This document shows positions 56,899 through 64,000 of a DNA stretch of 64,000 bases, piece after piece. Made by a program: the position numbers and the translations under genes. How positions within the stretch are numbered: the first letter of the stretch is position 1; each line of letters opens with the position of its first letter. Where the stretch lies: the NCBI GenBank assembly GCA_018304465.1, contig JAGVWC010000010.1, forward strand, positions 224,670 to 288,669, read 5' to 3'. This DNA is from Candidatus Iainarchaeum sp. (GTDB lineage: Archaea; Iainarchaeota; Iainarchaeia; Iainarchaeales; JAGVWC01). The notes beneath the pieces were generated by a model. It ran no database searches. It was not told the DNA's origin and saw only the letters and a list, made by a program, of their open reading frames with translations.

Positions 56899-56969
56899 TG
56901 GACCAACCGGGAGTCGAACCCGGACCCCGTCCACGCCAAGGACGAATACTACCATTATACTATCGGCCC
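56899..56969 (-). tRNA. tRNA-Ala(GGC)
   Basis: GGGCCGA/TTGGTCC with G3:U70 and A73; CGTCC-TT GGC GT-GGACG; GGTTCGACTCC. Confidence 0.95.
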
Positions 56970-57026
56970 AAAAAAATCGATTGGCTACTAATTGTTTTGA
57001 AAGAAAGAAATAAAAAGAAAAAGGGA

Positions 57027-57051
57027 CTTTCAGGCGTTTTTCGCCTGAAAG
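57027..57051 (-). terminator. Hairpin plus U-rich tract downstream of ftsZ
   Basis: CTTTCAGGCG-N5-CGCCTGAAAG followed on the - strand by a T-rich run. Confidence 0.6.
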
Positions 57052-57060
57052 ACCGTTGAT

Positions 57061-58134
57061 TTAGATGTAATCCAAACCGGTGTCGTTTCGGGCCTGGCTC
57101 TGCACTTGGCGAGTCTGGGCTTTTTTATGGGAACCCGAAATATACGGCGAGTGGACTCCGGTGAAAATCGCGATGATTTGGATGCGGTTTTCAAACGTCG
57201 GATCGACACGTGCACCCCAGATGACGGTTGCTTTCGGATCGATTTTTTCCGTCAACAGTTCACCCGCAGTGTTTGCTTCTCCCAACGTCAATTCCGGTCC
57301 TCCGGTAATGTGGATCAAGGCTCCGGTGGCACCGGCGATGTCAACATCGAGCAGTGTGTTGTTCAATGTGTCTTCAACGGCTTCTTCGACCTTGTTGACC
57401 GATTTGTTTTCTCCGACCGCGATCATGGATAATCCGTGATTGGTCATAATGGATCGCACGTCCGCAAAGTCAAGGTTGATCAATGACGGTTGCGTGATGG
57501 TTTCGGTGATTCCGGAAACCGCGCGTGCAATGACTTCGTCCGCTACGCGGAAAGCGTCTTGAATCGGCAGGTTTGGAACCAACTGGACCAAGCGGTTGTT
57601 GTCCAATACGACAACGGTGTCCGCGATTTCGGCCAACAGGTTAAGTCCTTCTTCGGCTTTTTCGATTCGGGCGCGTTCCAAAATGAATGGATACGTGACC
57701 ATCGCAATCACGATGGCGCCTTGTTCCTTGGCGAGCTTGGCAATGATGGGCGCCGAACCGGTTCCGGTTCCTCCGCCCATTCCCGCGGAAACAAACACCA
57801 TGTCGGCGTTCTTCAATACTTGAAGCAACGCGTCTTTGCTTGCTTCGGCTGCCTTGGCTCCGATTTCGGGGTATCCGCCGGCACCAAGACCGCGCGTAAC
57901 CGATTTTCCGATCAATACTTTGGTAATTTCATCGCTGATAATCGACAAGTGTTGCTTGTCGGTGTTCACAGCAACCAATTGGGCACCGCGGATTCCCATG
58001 GTGGCAATTCGGTTCACACAGTTACATCCGGCGCCGCCTGCTCCGATCACAACGATCTTTGGCGTACCGAATTCTTCGACATTATCCTGGACTTGCGGTC
58101 GCGTAGATACCGCCGAGTCAATCATTGACTTCAT
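57061..58134 (-). CDS. ftsZ: Cell division protein FtsZ
   Basis: GAGGAG, NTD, GLGAGG, GMGGGTGTG, INLDFADV, IWGA. Confidence 0.98.
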   Translation of the reverse strand: MKSMIDSAVSTRPQVQDNVEEFGTPKIVVIGAGGAGCNCVNRIATMGIRGAQLVAVNTDKQHLSIISDEITKVLIGKSVTRGLGAGGYPEIGAKAAEASKDALLQVLKNADMVFVSAGMGGGTGTGSAPIIAKLAKEQGAIVIAMVTYPFILERARIEKAEEGLNLLAEIADTVVVLDNNRLVQLVPNLPIQDAFRVADEVIARAVSGITETITQPSLINLDFADVRSIMTNHGLSMIAVGENKSVNKVEEAVEDTLNNTLLDVDIAGATGALIHITGGPELTLGEANTAGELLTEKIDPKATVIWGARVDPTFENRIQIIAIFTGVHSPYISGSHKKAQTRQVQSQARNDTGLDYI

Positions 58135-58547
58135 GTTGATTCAACCCCTCATTGGCAAAACATTTATCGCATGGTCCTGACAAAAAAAGCAAATACATTC
58201 TTTCTTTTCGCACCTTTTTTGCAGTACAATCGCCTCATACGGTGATCATGCTACTGCTATATATGCTGCCTTTGTAGAATAAAAACGTATCTCGCAAAAA
58301 CAATTGGAAAAACACGAGTATACATAATGGTTTTTTCGTCCAAAAATGATCTTGGCCCAACTCACAACCAAATGGAACCTGCTACATAACTCAGGGTTGT
58401 GTTAAAATCCAACCCCCTAAAACAACCGGTTACGACTCCGCGTTCTTAACCCCCCAACAAGCGCGGTTTCAGAGCGGTGGAAAGATACTTTCACGAAATT
58501 CGTCGATGGAACACGGTGAAAAGAAAAGAAAAAGAAGAATAAATTCT

Positions 58548-58781
58548 TTACGGGTTGATCAACAACACGTTGTCGCCGCGCAGAACCAGTTTTCCGTACT
58601 TGGTTTTGGTGCGCCCTTCTTCCAGTTCTTCCGCTTCCGAAAGCACCAGGTTCATATGAACGTCGAAAGCCCGCAACGTGCCGTGAAACGAAACGTTTCC
58701 CTTTAACACGACGAGCACCGGTTTTCCGATCGATTCGTTAAGCAAATCGAACGGACGATTAACAGCTGATTCATGCGCCAT
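58548..58781 (-). CDS. Sm/Lsm-like RNA-binding protein
   Basis: RPFDLL..SIGKPV...GTLRAFDVHMNLVL...LRGDNV. Confidence 0.95.
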   Translation of the reverse strand: MAHESAVNRPFDLLNESIGKPVLVVLKGNVSFHGTLRAFDVHMNLVLSEAEELEEGRTKTKYGKLVLRGDNVLLINP

Positions 58782-58805
58782 AATGGAAATCCCCCATAAA
58801 ACTAA

Positions 58806-61001
58806 TTACTTTCGTCTAAATAAGGATAAGAGCGAATTAAAAAACCCACTGAGACCACCGGTTTTTTTGGTTTCTTCCACGATCTTGGTTCCCACCAACC
58901 GCGCGGCCACGCCTTTAATGGCTTTGGATGCCGGAGAATTCGGAACGCGCAAAACAACGGGCGACACTTTTTCCTGCATAAACGACTTTCGCACTTCCGG
59001 ATCAAACGGAATCACGCCAAAACTCGGAAGCTCCAGCACTTTTTGAATGTCCTGCGACTGAATCTCGCCTTTTTGACCATACACGAAATTAATCACGACT
59101 CCGATCGGTTTTACGCCCAAACGCTCGGACATGGTTTTGGTTTTCACCGCGTCCGCAATCGAAGGCGACTCCGGCATCGTCACCAGCAACACTTCTTCGC
59201 TTGCCGACAACGCCGCCAACACGTTTTTTTCGATTCCTGCAGGCGCGTCCAGCAACACGAAATCAAACCGCGACTTGATCGAACGAATCACGCTTTCAAG
59301 GCGCTCGGAATCCACGCGCCGATAACTTTCAAGGCTTAAACCGCTTGGAATAAACTTAACTCCCGCCGGACCGTCATACAACGCGTCTTCCACCGACGCT
59401 TCGCCAAGCAACACGTCTTGTAACGTAATCGGAGACGACTGCATCCCCAGCAACAAAGACAAATTCGCCATGGCAATATCGGCGTCCACCAAGCACACGG
59501 AGTAACCCATTTGCGCCAAAGCGATTCCCAGATTCGCAGTGATCGTGGTGTTTGAAACCACGATTCCCGAAGCAAGAACAAAATGACCACCGAGTTCGCT
59601 CACTTGGAAATCGTACACATACGGCCAATCGTATTGCTTTCGTTCCACCGATTCCACGCGACGAAAACCCATGGGACCTGAAATCAGGGTCTCTAACCAG
59701 AAAATCGAGGCATGGACGATTCCAAGGGATTCATAGACATCCAAATACCGTCGAATCGTTTCACGCGAAAGCGCATAGTACTCCCATTCGTATTCGTAAA
59801 CCATTTGCTTTGAACAACCCAATCGTTTTCCAAGTTCGACCGCGGTCAGTTTCGCGTCGGTTCGGATTTTTTTCACTATTTTTCCAACGGGAAAGACATC
59901 CACGTTCGTATTGAACGGCTTTCCATCCAGAATGCGGTTTTTTAACCGATTCTGTTTATCGGGATGACCAAAACCGATTTTTTCGGCAAAACGACAACAG
60001 TTCTTTCCGCGGATGCTCAATTGCCAGTAAGACGCTTTTTCGGTTTTTTTTCCGTTGGTTGCCCGCTTGAAGGTTTCCCGAACATCCGAAAAAACGCCAA
60101 AACGAGTTCGTAGCAAGGAAGCCACCTGCAATACCAATCGCTTAGACTTCGAATCAAACTGAATTTCCCGTTCCCGATTGCTAACGGTTCCATCCGTATC
60201 AAACAACGCGGAAATAAACGCGGCCACGGATTCATTATCGGAATAAAAAATCGCCAACGGAACCTCTTTTCCGGCCGCGGTCGAAACTTTCACGCCGTAC
60301 TTTTCATACAATGCTTTCACTTGCGCTTGCCTGAAAAAAGAAATCCGATGCAAATTCCGGTTAACCAATTCGGAATATTTTCCGAAAACAGAAACAAAAG
60401 AAGAACGAACCAAAGGCAAAAAACTTCCGGGAGCGCAAAACACGTGGACCTTATAATCCTCCATGTAGCCATCGCCCATTACGAAACCCAGCCATTGCGC
60501 GATGTTTTTTGGAACTCCATTCGAAGCCGTTACGTTGCGTTCTTTTCCAAAAACCAAAAGAAAATCCGTTTTCGGAACCATCTGATCCGCGCGCACTTTC
60601 CGAAGCTGGCCATTGCGCATGACAATAAACTCGTGCTCTGGCGTTACCGAAATCGAACCGGAAGAAGAAAAAACTTCAAGCAATTCGTTCGGAGCCGGTT
60701 TTCGCATCAAACACACCGGTTTTTTTTCCGTGTGACACAGCTTTTGACTCGCCGCTTCAAAAACAAAAGAATCCAACACCAGATCAGCGGGAGTTTCGAT
60801 CACTTCAAAGGATTCTTCTTTTCCTTCAACCGTTTTGACGATGATTTTTTTTACGGCCGCGGAATTCGTTTCAATCAAATCATCAATAAAAGGCCCGATC
60901 TGAATTATTTGTCCATCCGCAAGGCTCACGTATTCGTCAAACGCCAGGCTTTTTCCAACGCCGCCTTTTCCCGAAGCAATCGTAATCGCGCGCATGTTCA
61001 T
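58806..61001 (-). CDS. minD: MinD-family ATPase interrupted by an intein
   Basis: ASGKGGVGK|TT.TANLG, VDADIAMANL, LLDAPAG, VTMPE..SIADA, IPFDPEVR. Confidence 0.92.
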   Translation of the reverse strand: MNMRAITIASGKGGVGKSLAFDEYVSLADGQIIQIGPFIDDLIETNSAAVKKIIVKTVEGKEESFEVIETPADLVLDSFVFEAASQKLCHTEKKPVCLMRKPAPNELLEVFSSSGSISVTPEHEFIVMRNGQLRKVRADQMVPKTDFLLVFGKERNVTASNGVPKNIAQWLGFVMGDGYMEDYKVHVFCAPGSFLPLVRSSFVSVFGKYSELVNRNLHRISFFRQAQVKALYEKYGVKVSTAAGKEVPLAIFYSDNESVAAFISALFDTDGTVSNREREIQFDSKSKRLVLQVASLLRTRFGVFSDVRETFKRATNGKKTEKASYWQLSIRGKNCCRFAEKIGFGHPDKQNRLKNRILDGKPFNTNVDVFPVGKIVKKIRTDAKLTAVELGKRLGCSKQMVYEYEWEYYALSRETIRRYLDVYESLGIVHASIFWLETLISGPMGFRRVESVERKQYDWPYVYDFQVSELGGHFVLASGIVVSNTTITANLGIALAQMGYSVCLVDADIAMANLSLLLGMQSSPITLQDVLLGEASVEDALYDGPAGVKFIPSGLSLESYRRVDSERLESVIRSIKSRFDFVLLDAPAGIEKNVLAALSASEEVLLVTMPESPSIADAVKTKTMSERLGVKPIGVVINFVYGQKGEIQSQDIQKVLELPSFGVIPFDPEVRKSFMQEKVSPVVLRVPNSPASKAIKGVAARLVGTKIVEETKKTGGLSGFFNSLLSLFRRK
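59550..60950 (-). mobile_element. Intein (467 aa) with LAGLIDADG homing endonuclease
   Basis: Starts at Ser (SLAFDE); block B VTPEHEF; LGFVMGDG and FISALFDTDG; block F YVYDFQV; ends VVSN before Thr. Confidence 0.95.
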
Positions 61002-61498
61002 CCCTTGGCCGGGGCATCCGCTTCTTTTTTGGCCCGGATCAAAAATTCTTCCACTTCGTTTGAAATCGCCCGCAATTCAATCGTCGTCAAATGCATCGGC
61101 GCCTTGATAATAAAAATTTTCGAATTATATTTGAACAGCATGTTCCAACTCGGGGACGCCTTGATCAGCACCACTTCGCTTTTCGGAATCTCCGACTGGA
61201 CATAATTGAACAACGCGCTTGCCGTGATGACTTCACTGGCACCGTTTCCCGTCGAACTGGCCAATAACGATCCGTTGGTTTGTGAAATCGAAATCGAATC
61301 TACGATGTGTTTTCGGCGCAACCCTTCCACGAGTTCTTTCAAGTCGCTTGGCGCCTGATTGAATGCCTGCCGCGCAAGCAAATCCTGCAACGCCACCAAA
61401 TGCTCTTGCGGCACGCGGGTGTCATCCATGTCCAACACGGTTTGGGCGAATCCGCGCAACGCATTTCCAATGAATTGTCGAACACCCATGACGATCAC
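60998..61498 (-). CDS. Roadblock/longin-like domain protein, coupled to minD
   Basis: LRRKHIVDSISISQTNGSLLASS; ATGA overlap with minD. Confidence 0.55.
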   Translation of the reverse strand: MIVMGVRQFIGNALRGFAQTVLDMDDTRVPQEHLVALQDLLARQAFNQAPSDLKELVEGLRRKHIVDSISISQTNGSLLASSTGNGASEVITASALFNYVQSEIPKSEVVLIKASPSWNMLFKYNSKIFIIKAPMHLTTIELRAISNEVEEFLIRAKKEADAPAKG

Positions 61499-61667
61499 TC
61501 AATTTACCTAATAGAGTTTTTGAATAAGAACAATAAAGACATTGAAGGTATTTAAAGCTTGGTTTTCCGTTCAAGAAAACGGAAAAAACACCCCGTCACG
61601 AAGAGGATTCCGACCACCCAATCCAATCGCCGGTTTTAGGCCATTTGGACAAAAAAAGACCCGGGTC

Positions 61668-62168
61668 CTATTTGAACAGTTCACCCAGCTCGATTTTTTT
61701 CAACACTTCGAACTTTCTGGAATCCGCGGCCGCCGGACGGGATTCCTTGGGAATCAGCTTTTGAACCAGCTCCGCCGAATACCTCTTGGCCACCAAGGAA
61801 CGCAACCCCGAACCCGGATCCTCCACCCCGATTTTTTCTTCCAACGCCAAAATCAATTCGACTTGCTGGCGCGACAAACCATACACATCCACGATTCCGT
61901 TTGGCGCCGCCAGCGCGTTGAAAAACAACTGTAACCCCGTCTGTGCATACGAAATAATGTCAAACGCGTCCAGCGAATACGCGCACGCGACCACTTTGCC
62001 TTCGAGCAAAAACAACAATCCTTCCTCAACCCCGCTGGCACCTTCAATGGTTGCAACCAAATAACCCGAAAACTTCTGTTTTTGCAATTCGAACACGCGC
62101 TCCGCGTCAAACTGGGACAACGGCGCCAAATGAACGACTGCATCCCCCACCGGAAAATTCAATACCAT
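61668..62168 (-). CDS. DUF2226-like protein
   Basis: FSGYL..TIEG.SG.EEG.L...G......IVDVY.LS..QVEL. Confidence 0.65.
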   Translation of the reverse strand: MVLNFPVGDAVVHLAPLSQFDAERVFELQKQKFSGYLVATIEGASGVEEGLLFLLEGKVVACAYSLDAFDIISYAQTGLQLFFNALAAPNGIVDVYGLSRQQVELILALEEKIGVEDPGSGLRSLVAKRYSAELVQKLIPKESRPAAADSRKFEVLKKIELGELFK

Positions 62169-62172
62169 GACA

Positions 62173-62646
62173 TCACTTGGTTTTCTTCAAAATCACGACG
62201 AAATCCGACGTGTTCTTTAGCGACGCGGCACTTGCTTCGTCCGCCAAACACACCACTGTGTCTTTTCCATACCGCTTGGCTTTCACGATCGCGGGCCAAA
62301 AATCCGCGTCCCGTGACACGAACGCGATCACGCCGATATTGGGATTAAAAATCGCTTCCACGGCCTCGACCGCCATGGCCACGTCAATATCTCCCACCGT
62401 AATGATCGATTCGAAACCCTGGTTCACCACGGCTTCCACGAGCTTTTCGGACGCAAACTGGTTCAAAAAAACTTTTCCGATCTTGATCTGCCCAAACGGC
62501 GCCAACGCCGCTTTCACGTCTTTAAGATCGATTCCAAGCTCTTTTCGCAAAATATTCGGACCGTCCACGAACACCGCAATGTTCTTGGCGGCTTTTTTCT
62601 TTTCTTTTTCCTTTCCGCCAACCCGTTGGCGCAATCCTTCCAGCAT
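62173..62646 (-). CDS. NYN-domain (PIN-fold) protein, TIGR00288-like
   Basis: FVDGPNILRKE, GDIDVAMA, SRDADF, SLKNTSD. Confidence 0.9.
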   Translation of the reverse strand: MLEGLRQRVGGKEKEKKKAAKNIAVFVDGPNILRKELGIDLKDVKAALAPFGQIKIGKVFLNQFASEKLVEAVVNQGFESIITVGDIDVAMAVEAVEAIFNPNIGVIAFVSRDADFWPAIVKAKRYGKDTVVCLADEASAASLKNTSDFVVILKKTK

Positions 62647-62791
62647 CGCAAAACCCCACTAATAAACGCTGTTTTAGATTTTAAAGCTGCTGTCGAAGCC
62701 GCCCAAAAAGGTATTTAAACCCGATTACGGAGAAATAGGTAAACGCTTACTTAAAAAAAAAAACCAATTCTGTTTAGAGGACTGATCGTTC

Positions 62792-63187
62792 ATGGAAAAA
62801 AAATTCGTCAAAGTCGGACAACTCAAAGAAGGCGGATACCTATTGATTGAAGGAATCGCCTGTCAAATCAAAAGCATTGAAAAATCAAAACCCGGAAAAC
62901 ACGGCGCCGCCAAAGCGCGTATCACCGCGGTCGGATTATTCAACAACCAGAAAAAAACCGCTTTAATGGGAACCACCGACGAAGGCGAAGTCCCCATTGT
63001 ATTACGCGGAAACGCACAAGTCAACGCCGTCATGGGCGACCTCTTGAATCTCATGGACATGGAATCGTTCGAAATCTTTGACGCGTCAAAACCCAAAGAC
63101 GTCACCGGCATCAAACAAGGCGACGAAGTCGAATACATGAAACTGGACGACCAGGTACGCGTATTGCGACGAAAAGGCGCGGAATAA
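62792..63187 (+). CDS. eif5a: Translation factor aIF5A
   Basis: SKPGKHGAAK hypusine loop; GAGG RBS. Confidence 0.97.
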   Translation: MEKKFVKVGQLKEGGYLLIEGIACQIKSIEKSKPGKHGAAKARITAVGLFNNQKKTALMGTTDEGEVPIVLRGNAQVNAVMGDLLNLMDMESFEIFDASKPKDVTGIKQGDEVEYMKLDDQVRVLRRKGAE

Positions 63188-63292
63188 ATCAATTCAATCC
63201 AGGACCCGGTGAAAGAATCCCGGGGCCTTTGAAACCTTTTTTTAAATACCCTAATCATTAAATCCGCCAACGCATATCAAAATACATACCCT

Positions 63293-63979
63293 ATGCCGCA
63301 CCCCAAAAAAAGACAGCAACAAATCCACTCTCGACAGCAACGCCGACAAAAACGCGGACAATGGCTGAAGCTTTCCGCCAAAGAACGCGAAGAGGTTAGA
63401 TTCCAACGCGAATATTATCCCAAGATTTCCGATTACCTTCAACCCGACCAACGGTCAATATTTGGCGTAAGCGATTTGCACGAACACGATTTTTTGGAGG
63501 CCGTTGTAAGTCAACGCCAAAAAAAACCCAACGAACCCATCCACGTGCTAAACGAAGGCGCGGGAAGAAGCACTTTTTCCGCAGAACTCAAACAGTTGGC
63601 GAACCTGTTCCAGATCCCGGTCCAAGTAACCGAAACGGACCTGCGACCGCTTTTTCGCGCGACCAAAAACGTGTCCCCCGAAGAAATCGTTTCCAAATTC
63701 GGAAAAAAAAAATTCCAGGTGATCGTTTCCACTTTCGGAGGATTCAATTATACCCGCGCGAACCGCCGACACGCCCTCGTGAACTTCATCCAAGCGCTTT
63801 CGCCAGGGGGACTTGCCAGCATCGTTTTTATGCACCAGCACTTGGCCGCGGTGTCCGCGGAAGTCCGACAAGTCCAAAAACGGTTTCCAGAAATTTCCTT
63901 TGAAATAAAACAAAACCGCCGGATCCATGCCGCGTACATCCTAACGATGCGAAAACCCGCCAGTTCACCCAACATCTAA
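63293..63979 (+). CDS. Class I SAM methyltransferase-like protein with basic N-terminus
   Basis: VLNEGAGRS, TDL, FQVIVS, LSPGG; MPHPKKRQ...RQQRRQKR leader. Confidence 0.65.
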   Translation: MPHPKKRQQQIHSRQQRRQKRGQWLKLSAKEREEVRFQREYYPKISDYLQPDQRSIFGVSDLHEHDFLEAVVSQRQKKPNEPIHVLNEGAGRSTFSAELKQLANLFQIPVQVTETDLRPLFRATKNVSPEEIVSKFGKKKFQVIVSTFGGFNYTRANRRHALVNFIQALSPGGLASIVFMHQHLAAVSAEVRQVQKRFPEISFEIKQNRRIHAAYILTMRKPASSPNI

Positions 63980-64000
63980 GAACTCTAAATACGCGCGAAA

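Noticed and set aside
58135-58547. Expected rpl37e (after Sm) or cdrS (before ftsZ) small genes
   Set aside because: Hand translation of the minus-strand frames gave no matching ORF
1-64000. CRISPR arrays, rRNA genes, IS transposases, DGR template/variable repeats
   Set aside because: No regularly spaced repeats, rRNA signatures, transposase motifs or reverse transcriptase seen by eye; faint repeats cannot be excluded without computation

Overview
Archaeal chromosome segment, most likely from a DPANN lineage; Iainarchaeota/Diapherotrites is plausible but this is an inference from gene content and style. The backbone carries pcm, nmd3, tyrS, dys, eIF5A, ftsZ, an Sm protein gene, the exosome/proteasome/RNase P superoperon and three tRNAs (intron-containing Ser-TGA, Val-GAC, Ala-GGC). 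Its + strand looks strongly A/C-rich. Several accessory blocks interrupt it. (i) Two convergent loci (18.0-22.1 kb and 30.3-34.2 kb) encode membrane-anchored or exported proteins that share a 76-aa N-terminal module (40/76 identical by hand alignment) but have unrelated C-termini. Each is followed by a tightly coupled small gene, and there is an orphan PD-(D/E)xK nuclease cassette. This reads as an archaeal polymorphic toxin/immunity system and is the best candidate for a new system here. (ii) A low-GC KaiC-V4R-GGGPS-like-HAD operon lies among three paralogous wHTH regulators. (iii) A low-GC biosynthetic cluster encodes a kinase, a GT2/B12-radical-SAM fusion, a SPASM radical SAM, an NTase-HD fusion, an S51 peptidase, an epimerase and a truncated UDP-sugar dehydrogenase. 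(iv) A TrmB/PurE-like/MazG-SET islet. Other notable elements are a 467-aa LAGLIDADG intein in the MinD P-loop, a free-standing LAGLIDADG gene overlapping tRNA-Val, a candidate small structured RNA, and a set of ORFans with Arg/Lys-rich N-termini. All calls come from motif reading by eye; no searches or computations were run.
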